Source: Antedon mediterranea (taxonomy: Eukaryota; Animalia; Echinodermata). From it: a stretch of 64,000 nt of DNA. Of the stretch, positions 51,990-62,900 are shown piece after piece; the stretch's first letter is position 1, and every line of letters begins with the position of its first letter. A program made the translations under genes and the position numbers. The DNA lies in NCBI RefSeq assembly GCF_964355755.1, contig NC_092672.1:21899237-21963236 (forward strand). The letters run 5' to 3'. The notes below the pieces were generated by a model. That model did no database searches, was not told where the DNA came from, and saw only the letters and a program-made list of their open reading frames with translations.

Positions 51990-54900
51990 ATCCGCAAAAT
52001 GAGAAACGGTATCGACATAAGAATTCAAGTCGAAAAATATTTAAATTAAAATTACAAAAATATTGCTTAATCTACAAAAATCGACTTTATAAGTATAAAA
52101 TTTATTAACATTAAAACAGTTATAACAATATTTACTTAATCTACAAAAAAGAGAAACGGTATCGACATAAGAAATCAAGTGGAAAAATATTTAAATTAAA
52201 ATTACAAAAATATTGCTTAATCTTCAAAAATCGATTTTTATAAGTATAAAATGTATTAACATTAAAACAGTTATAACAATATTTACTTAATCTACAAAAA
52301 GGAGAAACGGTATCGACATAAGAAATTCAAGTGGAAAAATATATTTACTTAATTTACAAAAAGGAGAAACGGTATCGACATAAGAATTCAAGTGGTAAAA
52401 TATTTAAATTAAAATTACGAAATATATGTACTTAATCTACAAAAAGAGAAACGGTATCGACATAAGAAAATCAAGCGGAAAAATATTTTAAAATATATTT
52501 ACTTAACCCCCGCAAAAATTCGACTTTAAAAAACGGGTATAAAAATTATTTATATTAAAAGAGGTATAAAAATATTTACATTAAAACTACAAATATATTT
52601 TGTTCAAACTATAAAAAAAAAGAGAGAGTACGGTAAAGAATGTATAAAGAGTAACAAATAATTATCTATAACAAAGTATGTTTACATTTTTAAAAAGAAA
52701 TTTATTGCCGTGATTCACCAAACATACCCGTAAGGAACTGTACGATAATTTTCGATAATAATTCTTTTGTCGTACACGATTCGATAGTCTTTAGTCGATG
52801 TTTCGTTGACTATCTTTCGTGTTTTTGGCTTGCGCGTTATGCGATTCTTCTCAGCCGTCTTAATTGTATCGGGGCCAACACCCCTTACCATATTGGAGAC
52901 GGTGTCAAAATTAATTTTCTGAGCGTTTGTAAAGTTAAGGGTAAAACCCTTAACTTTACAAACGGTCTTCCCCGTATCCAATTTATAGGCGTAGTTCTTA
53001 GGCCCCCCAGAAACGAAGGACTCGATGAATTTACCATCTTTAGGATCGACTTCGGTCGTTAACTGACCCAAATAGTCGCCCAGGGGAGGGTCCCAATCCC
53101 CAGGTTTTGATACGAAGATTACGCTGTCGGTATCATAATACAGGACGCGCTCCTGCAATTGTTCCAACAGCTCGTACAATTTTAAACGCGCTAACGCTGT
53201 GGTAAATGCGGCAATGACAACGTTAACCTTTCGGTTAACTTCTACAAATTGTTCCTCGTCCTCGTATTTTACCTCCGCCAAATTATCATTAACAAAATTT
53301 ATGTCATGAACGGTTATCCCAGGGTTCGATAAAATATCGTAAACCTCGTTAGGATCTTGCGTATATTTAATTCTCGTGAGATTTTCACGCTGGCCAAATT
53401 TACCCCAAAAACTATTTAGCATTAATTTGGCCAGAGATCGAAGCCCAGGATTGTACGCAATGTCGTCATGATTCAAGTCGATACCTTCTACGGTTCGATA
53501 GTCCGAAATGTATTTTTGTTTATCTTCGGGCGTTTTACACCATTCAGGCCAACCCGAAGCTTCTTGTTTCATTTTTAAAAAGGTGTTAATGTAAGCGGCA
53601 AATAGACCGGACGAGGGAGAATCTGCAGAGTACGCGCTTTTATTTTTAAAGTGCCATACTACGTGAACTTTACGTATCTCGAACCCAACTTCCACGGCTT
53701 TAGCGACTTCGATCGTTGCCCAAGAACCCGTAAATTCTCTATCTGTACCGAAATGATTGCAAGCGGTTTGTTGTTGAGAATCGGCGCATGTTCTACAGAG
53801 AGCAAACATTAATTTACCGTTTGATCTATAAGGTAAGACCGGATGGAATAATTTTTTAGGCGCTTCGATTGTACACTTTATCAAGCCGAAATAATCGTTG
53901 ATATCCGTGGACATGTCGTTGCGATCATTGATTTCAGGATGCCCTACGGGGTAGGTACCGTATTTATTTACATAAGGGTACAAGGAAGTATAATCTATGT
54001 AATTAATTTCTTCACCCGGTTTTACCTTATAGAACAAACAACTGGCATTAGTCCTCCCACCGAAAAACGCGTCTCTTGGATTCAAAGTCTGCCTAATTAA
54101 AGGAACTTTGGAGACGATAGATTTAATGTTTGGGGCCAACGATTGCTTGATCCGTTTCCATTCGTGTCCCCAAATCTCGACGTATTCGAAATCTGGAAAT
54201 TGTTCCTTCAGAAACCGTGTTTTCTTGCTTGTCTTGACAAAGCATTCCAACATGGTCTCGTTATTGAAGGGATTAATGGAATCGGGTCTATAACAATCTT
54301 GGCACCCGTGGAAAAAACAACCCATAAATTCGAAAATTATTTTGTTTTCTAAACATGCGCCGTCGACGGAGTAAGGCCCAAACATTTTTTCCCCTCCATT
54401 TCTGGCATGATGGATAAAGACCCCCCTTTTATGCGACTCGTAGCACAGCCATTCCATGCTAGAGTGAGAATGGTTAACGGTTGTTAAATACCCTGATGAT
54501 GGAAATAGAGCGATGGTGGATGGTTTTAAAAAATTTCTAGAAAATACGTGGTTACACGCTGAGGCAATTGTCATTAAATTATTTGAAAAGGGGTCAACAC
54601 CGCCGAGTAGAGGGTTTTTCGGCGATATAGTTACTTTCAAAAAAAGATGTCTAAAAGTAAGACAACACTTTCTTCTTTCACTATCTACATCGCTGATACA
54701 ATTCTCGACGAGTTCTTTTTTAAGATCAAATACTTGATTACTATCAATTTTCTGGTTGTACCATTTAAAGAAAGATTCTCGACCTGAAGTAGTCATTTTA
54801 TCGGGGGAATAATTTGAAGAATCGGGGTAAGGACCTACGTAATTTTGGTTTTCTAAAGAATTAAAATAATGAGGAAAGTAACCCTTTTTAAGTTCGGAGA

Positions 54901-55220
54901 TGCCAAAAGTTTTGGGCAATTTGGATAGAGGCATGGGCAGAAATGAAAGGGAATCGATGAATCGAATGCTCGTTTCTTTAGTCCTAATCGAAATAAGTTT
55001 ACCACCGCGAGCAATTACATCCGGTACAATGGAGTTTTCGTACAGGTAGTTGAGCACGAAGTAACTATCATAACCCTGGAAGTTGTGAGCGATACACGTA
55101 ATATTTTCGTTAAATTTGTAATCTTTGAATATTCATTCTTTCTTGGAGATCCAAGAAACATTTATTATATATGGCCTTTGGCCCAAATAATATACAATGT
55201 AATACAATATTAAATAAATA

Positions 55221-58200
55221 TCAGTTGAGTGCGTTTAAATATTCTGTTCTACGTTTAAATGAAAAAAATAAATATTTTCCAAGTTTAACAATAAGATCAG
55301 TATTTGTGGCAGACATAAGATAAATATATTTTAATTTAGTTGGGTTGTTTGTATAAAAGGAAAACATATATTTAGTTCTAATATCTGAATAAAATGGACC
55401 AACTAAAGTGAAATGATATTCATCTTCAATTGATTGTAAAGCACATAATTTGCATAATCTTTCATTTCTATTTATACAATTCCATCTTCCTTTTTCAATT
55501 TCTAATTCTAAAATTCCTAGTCGTATCTTAGTCATAATTTGTCTATGTTTGTAATTTGTTACTTTCGTTAGATATTCTTCAATTCCAAACTTATATTTAA
55601 CGTGCTTGTAATATTGGAGCTTAGAGTGTATCCTAGTATCTTCGTAGAATTTCTGTCGTTCAATATCTGTAAGCCTTTGTTTAAAATTTGAAATAAAAGT
55701 ATATATATTATTAACCTGTTGTGAGTACCATATGTTACCAAATCCATTTATGCATAGTATTTGTTTTACGTCATTGGCCCAACATTGCTCATTTCTTTGA
55801 GCTTTTCTATATTGAAAATCATAACATTGTTTAATAAATTTGTCATTATCCATTTGGATTACTCTAAGCCAATAACGAATTATATTAATGATAATTTGAA
55901 TTTGGATAGTGAATCTTCCACATTCTCCTCTCACTGCAACACTTGGTGCAGAATTACCTATTCCTAGAATGTATTTACAGAATCTTAGATGAACTTTCTC
56001 TAATACTGATATATCATTTAAACCCCATATTTCGCTACCATAAAGTAAGATTGGCATAATCTTAACATCAAATATATGGTTCCATATATTAACTTGGAGG
56101 TTACCAAAACGTCTATGGGTCAATCCTTTTAATGTGAACAAAGCCTTATTAGCTTGTTGACAATTGTATTCTTTGGCTTTATTCCAATTACCATTTGAGT
56201 TGAAAACAACTCCTAAATATTTAAAGGATTTGACAATGTCAACTGTATTTCCATTGTAATTCCATTTTTCAAATTTGTTAAGATTACCACCATTCTTAAA
56301 CACCATAATATTACTCTTGTTAACATTGACAGTTACTTCCCATCTTGTACAATAGGTAGATAACTTGTTTAAATAATATTGTAGACCATAAACGGTATCA
56401 CCAAATAACATAAGGTCATCTGCATAGAGTAAATGATTAATTTTTAGATTTCCTATTTGGATTCTATGCTCGTCGCCTCCCTCATTTAATGTTTCACTCA
56501 AATCATTAATAAAAACATTAAATAAAAAGGACGAGAGTGGCGAACCCTGTTGTATACCTATTAGACATTTGAAAGAATTACTAATATTGCCGTCGACCTT
56601 AACATGTGCTGATAACTTATTGTACATTGAATTAATAACGTTTAACATTTTTCCTTTTACTCCTGAATTTTTTAGTTTTATGTGAAGATATTGATGTCCT
56701 ACGGAGTCAAAGGCTCGTTTAAAATCAATGAAAGCAACATATACTTTCCCACGTTTTTTTCCTAGGTATTTATTAATGATTGTGTTAAGAATAAATACAT
56801 TATCCGATGTTCTGAACCCCTTTCTAAAACCGGCTTGTTCCTGATGTAGAATGTTATTATCTTCTGCCCAAAATTGTAATCTTTTATTGATAATATGTAA
56901 GAAAATTTTAGCAAAAACAGGAATAAGTGATATTCCTCTATAATTCTCTGGTTGTTCTTTGTCACCTTTTTTAAATATTGGGACAATAAGGCTGGTTGCC
57001 CATTGCTGTGGAAACTGTCCTGTATTATAAATTATATTATATAATTTTGTTATTAGATTGATTACATTTTGAGATGAGTGTATAAAAAGTTCTGGTAATA
57101 ATCCATCGATTCCAGGTGATTTACCTGTTTTTTGGGATTTAATGGCATGAATTACCTCATCTACTGTAATGTCATTATTTAGGTTAGGTTTGTTTTCATT
57201 TACAGCAGGTTCATCATTAATGATACTTTCTACATTTTGATTATCTCTATTTTCATCAATATGAAATAAGGATTCGAAATGAGTGCGCCATGTATTAATA
57301 CATATGTTACTTGGAAAATTTGGTTTTGTTTGTTTTAGTTTAATCCAGAATGATTTGGAGTTTTTTTCTCCTAATGATCTAATCAATTCTGTACGTGATC
57401 TTTTAATATAGCTGTATTTCATATTTTTTATTAATGTTTTATATTCTTTTTTTATTTCCAGGTATGCATTAAGCAATGTTTGTGTACGATTGTGTCGGAA
57501 TCTATTTAAATTTCTTCGAACTTTGTTTTTAAGTGCAAGACATTGATTGTCATACCATGTGTCTTTAGCTTTAGTTGTTTTATTGTTGGAATTCCTATGG
57601 ATAATTCCTTTACATGCATATTCATACAATCTACCTACAGTTGAAACCGCTTCATCAATTAGGTTATCATTAATCAAGTTAGTTATTTCATTTTTAAGTT
57701 CATCGATTTTATTATGCTGTAATCTTAATTTAAATGTTTCAGTATATGTTTCTGACCAATTGAATTTAGTTTGTTTAGGATTAGGACAATTTTCAATATT
57801 TAATTTTTTTATTTTTATATTATCTTTAGTTAGTAGGCCTAATTGAAACGTAATTGGCATATGATCAGATTCTATTCTATTTTCTACTTTCAAATCTTCT
57901 ATGTACCTGAAGTTATCAGCTTTTGTCAATATATAATCGACTACGCTTTTGCCTTGTTGTCCTATGAAAGTGTAGCTTTTACTATACATTGGGTTAATTC
58001 TACCATTAGCAATTCTTAAATTCGTTTCTTTACAAAAATTGAGAAGATCTATGCCATAATTATTCGTGACGTTATCTTCATTAATTCTAATTTTTACATT
58101 ATCTTCATCATCTTCAATATATAATTCGTTATCCCAATCTATTGGGCATACATCGTTGTTGACATAATCCAATAAATCTCCTGTTCTACCATTGAAGTCT

Positions 58201-58931
58201 CCAACAATGAATATTTGATTTTTATTATTATATTTATATAAATATTCAGCGTATTCGTTTGTAAGTATTTCATATAAATTGTTATTATTAGCATATGGGG
58301 AGTTTTGTGGTGGTCTGTAAACTACAGCCATTATTATAGCATCGTTCTCCGTTTTGATTCGTAACCACATAATATACTTAGATAAGCTAGGTAATTCTTT
58401 AACTTTGATATTGGTTTTATAATATATCATAATTCCACCTGTATTTCTACCACGGTGTTGTAACTTTTCTTGCATTTTACTTATACAATTATATCCCTTA
58501 ATGTAGTAGTCATCACTATAAGTTGTCCAAGTTTCAACCAAACATATTACATCGAAATCACAAATAAATTTTATAAATTCACAATCACTAAAATTACTTT
58601 TTAAACCATTTATATTCCACACAATAGTCTTTAAAGAGGTGGACGTGTAAATACTTTTACTTATATTTTTATTTGTAACATTGGTATATATATTGTTATT
58701 ATTGACGTTGTTATTCCTATTATTAACGTCGGCGTTTATGTTATCGTTATCTATACCATTTGTTTGACCATTATTAGTTGTATTGTCAATATTTTCTTTT
58801 TCCTGATTTTCGTTATTATTCTCACCTTTATTATTATTATTATTGTCATTTACGTCATTATCAACAATTGTACCAATAATATTATTACATTTGTTGTTTA
58901 TTTGATATGTGTTTGGGCCATGGCCGGACCC
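55221..58931 (-). CDS. LINE ORF2: APE endonuclease + reverse transcriptase + C-terminal Zn-finger-like motif, preceded by an open Asn-rich linker
   Basis: WNINGL, ETW, GDFN, DY, SDH, NYRGISL, QAGFR, DFKRAFD, QQGSPLS, LLYADD, YLG, CKLC..EDEYH. The frame is open without ATG from 58931 down to 58622. Confidence 0.92.
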   Translation of the reverse strand, partial: GSGHGPNTYQINNKCNNIIGTIVDNDVNDNNNNNKGENNNENQEKENIDNTTNNGQTNGIDNDNINADVNNRNNNVNNNNIYTNVTNKNISKSIYTSTSLKTIVWNINGLKSNFSDCEFIKFICDFDVICLVETWTTYSDDYYIKGYNCISKMQEKLQHRGRNTGGIMIYYKTNIKVKELPSLSKYIMWLRIKTENDAIIMAVVYRPPQNSPYANNNNLYEILTNEYAEYLYKYNNKNQIFIVGDFNGRTGDLLDYVNNDVCPIDWDNELYIEDDEDNVKIRINEDNVTNNYGIDLLNFCKETNLRIANGRINPMYSKSYTFIGQQGKSVVDYILTKADNFRYIEDLKVENRIESDHMPITFQLGLLTKDNIKIKKLNIENCPNPKQTKFNWSETYTETFKLRLQHNKIDELKNEITNLINDNLIDEAVSTVGRLYEYACKGIIHRNSNNKTTKAKDTWYDNQCLALKNKVRRNLNRFRHNRTQTLLNAYLEIKKEYKTLIKNMKYSYIKRSRTELIRSLGEKNSKSFWIKLKQTKPNFPSNICINTWRTHFESLFHIDENRDNQNVESIINDEPAVNENKPNLNNDITVDEVIHAIKSQKTGKSPGIDGLLPELFIHSSQNVINLITKLYNIIYNTGQFPQQWATSLIVPIFKKGDKEQPENYRGISLIPVFAKIFLHIINKRLQFWAEDNNILHQEQAGFRKGFRTSDNVFILNTIINKYLGKKRGKVYVAFIDFKRAFDSVGHQYLHIKLKNSGVKGKMLNVINSMYNKLSAHVKVDGNISNSFKCLIGIQQGSPLSSFLFNVFINDLSETLNEGGDEHRIQIGNLKINHLLYADDLMLFGDTVYGLQYYLNKLSTYCTRWEVTVNVNKSNIMVFKNGGNLNKFEKWNYNGNTVDIVKSFKYLGVVFNSNGNWNKAKEYNCQQANKALFTLKGLTHRRFGNLQVNIWNHIFDVKIMPILLYGSEIWGLNDISVLEKVHLRFCKYILGIGNSAPSVAVRGECGRFTIQIQIIINIIRYWLRVIQMDNDKFIKQCYDFQYRKAQRNEQCWANDVKQILCINGFGNIWYSQQVNNIYTFISNFKQRLTDIERQKFYEDTRIHSKLQYYKHVKYKFGIEEYLTKVTNYKHRQIMTKIRLGILELEIEKGRWNCINRNERLCKLCALQSIEDEYHFTLVGPFYSDIRTKYMFSFYTNNPTKLKYIYLMSATNTDLIVKLGKYLFFSFKRRTEYLNALN

Positions 58932-59912
58932 CTATCTAGGTTTATATCTACTATACTTAACTACTTTATCATTATCTATATCATATGTAAAAGTTTCGTC
59001 ATCAATAATGAGTTTATCGTATCTTATTTTGAACGGTTTTCCGCTTTTAATAGCTTCATCTATTTTTGGTTGTAAATTTTTTCTGATCTTACGAACTCTT
59101 GCTGTGTAATCTTCGCTGATAGTAATTTGTTTCCTTCTTTCACCCCGGTCTTCATTTTTGTTCATTTTTCGACGTTGTGTTCTACTTGCTTTTAGAACAT
59201 TTTCTTTAGTTTTGTAATCTTTGAATTTCACAATGATCGGTCTCGGTTTAAATCTTGCGTTGAGCCTATGTGCCCTCTCAATCTCAATATTCTCCCCACC
59301 AATACCGAGATCATTTGTAAAGTGTTCTTTTACTTTCTTCTCACTCTGATCCCAATTCTCATGTTCGCTATCTATTACTCCATATACTATCAGGTTGTTA
59401 CGTCTGCTTTGACCTTCAATTTTGTCTATATGTTTGATTAATTGTAAGTTCATTGTTTTAAGTTGTTGATTTTCTTCTTCTATTATTGTCATTCTTTCGT
59501 TTAGTGAGTCCATGTTGCTATTTAGTGTATCAATTTTTTCTTTTACGCTTTTAACATCTCCTGAAATGTCATCCATTTTCTTATTCAATTTCGTGTTCAT
59601 TGTTTGTAGTTGTATTAATATATTTTGTATTGGAAGTTCATTTCCTCCCGCATTCAGCGCAACTTGTGTTGTTGCGTCTTCCGTTGTGGGTTTACCAGTA
59701 AGTTCATCCAATGTAGCTTGTCTAGTGTAAACTGGACCTGGATTGCTTTCGATATCGCCGGCCAAAAAAAGTAACAAGCATAACGCAGATAGTCGTAGTG
59801 TAGTTCTAATGACTGCACCTAAAGAACCATGACATTTTATGCGCTTTTGTTTATTTCGTTTTCCTCTCCAATATAGTCCTATTCTTAACCGGTAATTATC
59901 AATGTCAATCAT
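58932..59912 (-). CDS. LINE ORF1 (coiled coil + L1-ORF1p-like RRM) with an N-terminal 2A-like peptide
   Basis: LLFLAGDIESNPGP (2A consensus DxExNPGP); RRNNLIVYGV, IERAHRL, PRPIIVKF, ISEDY motifs. Confidence 0.88.
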   Translation of the reverse strand: MIDIDNYRLRIGLYWRGKRNKQKRIKCHGSLGAVIRTTLRLSALCLLLFLAGDIESNPGPVYTRQATLDELTGKPTTEDATTQVALNAGGNELPIQNILIQLQTMNTKLNKKMDDISGDVKSVKEKIDTLNSNMDSLNERMTIIEEENQQLKTMNLQLIKHIDKIEGQSRRNNLIVYGVIDSEHENWDQSEKKVKEHFTNDLGIGGENIEIERAHRLNARFKPRPIIVKFKDYKTKENVLKASRTQRRKMNKNEDRGERRKQITISEDYTARVRKIRKNLQPKIDEAIKSGKPFKIRYDKLIIDDETFTYDIDNDKVVKYSRYKPR

Positions 59913-62900
59913 ATTGATGTAGGAGTTTAAGTGTGATTAGACGTGTAGTTATGTAAGCCAGTGCGTGCTATGTTGAGGTATTGTAGAACCGGAAGCAACT
60001 GGTTTCGGTAATGTGACGTGGCGTTTTTCGATCAAGTCCGGTCATGTGACTTGAAAATTCCGTTGAATTTTTTATACTGAAGTTATAGATTAAGTTAATG
60101 TAACGGAAATTTATAAAGTGAAATTGATATAACTTGTGGAATTTACTATTGAGTTATTACAATAAACCAAACAAAAGCAACTTATCTTGGTTTGACAGGC
60201 CTATGTCGTGGGCCTGCCGCTTAACAGCTGCTCTGGAATGTCGCCATGAGTTATGTTAATCCAACAAGTAAAAAATCAGTTCCAATCGGTGTTTAAAAAT
60301 CCCGCCGCTTAATTGCGGCTTACACAGGTAGTTTACAGTAGCTGTATATAACGTTAAATGTAGTTTCCGGTGAGAAGGCTGTATAAAAAACGGTTGTCGT
60401 AGGCCTAGTATATTGATACTAGTGTACAGCGTCTACTGTACTATAGTAGACAAACGCCTTTTCGCTGGGCTGGCGTGTTGAACAAACAATTTAAGCATAC
60501 CGGGCTAGAGAGCATCGGAGAAACACGTTTACACTCGACCGCACCTTATACAGTAAATACGTAATACGTAATACGTAATTGCAGAAATCTTCGCATGCAG
60601 ACCCCCCGTGAAAAACCACTGTTTTATCCCCACACACGTCACAATCGGCGGAATCATTAGCGCCGTCGATACAATTAAGACAAGTTTTTTGAAGAACGCA
60701 TAAATTTGGTTTGTGTTCGCCTGTATCTTGCGTGCATTCGAAATCAAAAAAGAAATATTTAGTGACAGCTCTGTTACGGGCCTCCTGATTCTTAAACTTT
60801 CTTTCAGTATGCTTAGGGGCTACAACCGGTTCCATGTAGCATTGATGATCGTATGAAACGAAAGTCCTACAAATTCTACAAAAGCGGTTTTGGCAATTGT
60901 GATCTTTGTGAACGATCCTATTACAAGTTGAACAATTTTTAATTTTGCCACATACTGAAACTTTAGAATCAGGAGATTGTTTATGATTGGTGAAACATTG
61001 CCTATCCTTAAAAAATCTATTACATTCTTTACATTCTATTCTACTCTCTCTATTTTCAAAAGAATTAGAAGAGGGGCAGTCATTGTGCTTACACAGCACG
61101 CACGTAAATTGACAATTGTGTTGGTACTTGTGAATATACCCCTTATGACATCTATCGCAGAAATAGTCAATTTTTAGAAAACCTGTCATTGTTGTTATGA
61201 GATCGTAATGATTAGAATGATGATAAAGATATATCTGCTTCTTTCTATAATCGCCGCTAAAAATGACAGAATTTAAATTGTCTTTTGAAATGACAATAAT
61301 TTGGTAATTTGGTAATTTTGATTGCATCTTTTTTATTTCCTCGATGCCGCATGTCTGCTCCCTAACCCCCGAATCTCTAAGTAAATGAAGGGCGGCTTTT
61401 TTTTGTTCACACTTACCCTGTCTAACGTTATTCCATCTAGTTACGTTGTTAATTTTGTCTTCGAGCATAGAAATACCAGTAACAATAGCGCGTGCGCAGC
61501 AGATAGTTTCGTTATCATCATTCTTAATCTTAATTATACATTTAGCATTTAACAATATGTCGATACCGTTTCTTCTATAGCCCCCACCCCTAGGCATTCT
61601 CATGTGGAGAACGTTAAATTTAAACTTGTTATTAATAAAAATATCCGTTTTGGACTGAAGGACCTTCATAATGGCTGCAAAAATAACGTCAGCCGTAAGA
61701 TGGCCCCTCCGTCCAAAAGGGATAGAGATAGGTGAATCTAACCCCTCAGCCTGTATGACTATTCGAAGCATGTCGTCGACATGCACGTTAATGCAGAGAT
61801 TATCGACGACAAGCTCGAAAATTCGATACAGTGTGGGCAGAAACACCTCTAAACTTATATGATCAATATTAAAAAAATTTACTAAAAAATCGCTAATAGT
61901 CGCGTTAAAACGTTGATTATACCTATCAGCTAATTGAACGATTCTACAGAAGTGATTCAACTCTACCTCATCAAGGTTAAGGTCCTCGTCTTCAACAGTA
62001 TCAATATTGGCAAATTCTTCTTCTTCTTCTTCTCCGTCTTCGATTCTGAGCCTCTTTCTATTAACGCCCCTTCCGTACTGTATGGGTACAGGCTGAAAAC
62101 AAAAAGAGAAAAACGGTAAAGAAAAAAGAAATAAAAGACGTTGTACAACAACAACAACAACAACAACAGTAGTAAAGAAAATAAAACGATAGTTACCTCA
62201 ATAATCGAAGACTCCGCTGAATCATTAATCTCGACATTTCCTCTCAAACTCAAACATTTGGTGTGAGCACCAACACCGTACTATACAGAAAAAAAAAAAA
62301 AATAAATAGATAAATTAGAAAGGAAAACGCGTATAAACCGTAAACGCAGAAACACTTTGTAAATGCCCCAATTACATAAACTACCACTTTATGAGATATA
62401 CACGGTAAAAAAAAAAAATTAAAATTAAAAAAAATAAATAAATAAATTAGAAAGAAACACAAAGAAGCCGTAAAACGCTGTAAACACACGTTCGGTTACA
62501 CACAATCTACTTTTTTAGAATTATACACGGTAAAATAAATATTATGTAAAAAAAATAAAATAAACAAACACTTACTTCTACGTCATCAATACGCAAATTA
62601 GCCGATAGCTCCTGCACTATCTCAATAGCATTATTACAAATATCCGAAAGTGAGAGGCTATCGGCTTCAGAAACACTCTGGCTAACATCTAAATCAAGAT
62701 CCTGGTCATTAAATACGAAATCTTCTAGTAGTCCAATATCGGGGATAACATCGTCGGTATCGATATTTTCGACATTATTTCGCGATAAACTAACGATAGC
62801 TTCTACTGCTCTCTGGCATTCGATAAACAAGCTATCGTTAGAATCGGAAGATGATGATGATGATTCGTAATGAGCCATAGTAATAAGTCTAGAATAATCA

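Larger units (their letters stand above)
55132..60555 (-). mobile_element. Apparently full-length, intact non-LTR retrotransposon (RTEX-like/CR1-group; clade uncertain) inserted in arm-2 pPolB
   Basis: 5' UTR ~59913-60555, ORF1, ORF2 and a short 3' UTR ending in hairpin TTTCTTGGA-tc-TCCAAGAAA; pPolB sequence resumes on both sides. Confidence 0.9.
52715..62878 (-). pseudogene. Spliced pPolB polyprotein (arm 2 copy); open frame of about 1,440 aa once the LINE insertion is removed
   Basis: Exons 62878-62576, 62280-62197, 62092-~60570, then ~55131-52715. The join reads ..EDFCNYV|FKDYKFNENITCIAHNFQGYDSYF.. with no other frameshift visible; ExoIII reads NCISD. Confidence 0.9.

Noticed and set aside
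51170-52500. CRISPR-like repeat-spacer pattern around the 18-bp motif
   Set aside because: The intervening segments are themselves degenerate duplicates of each other, spacing is irregular, and there are no cas genes.
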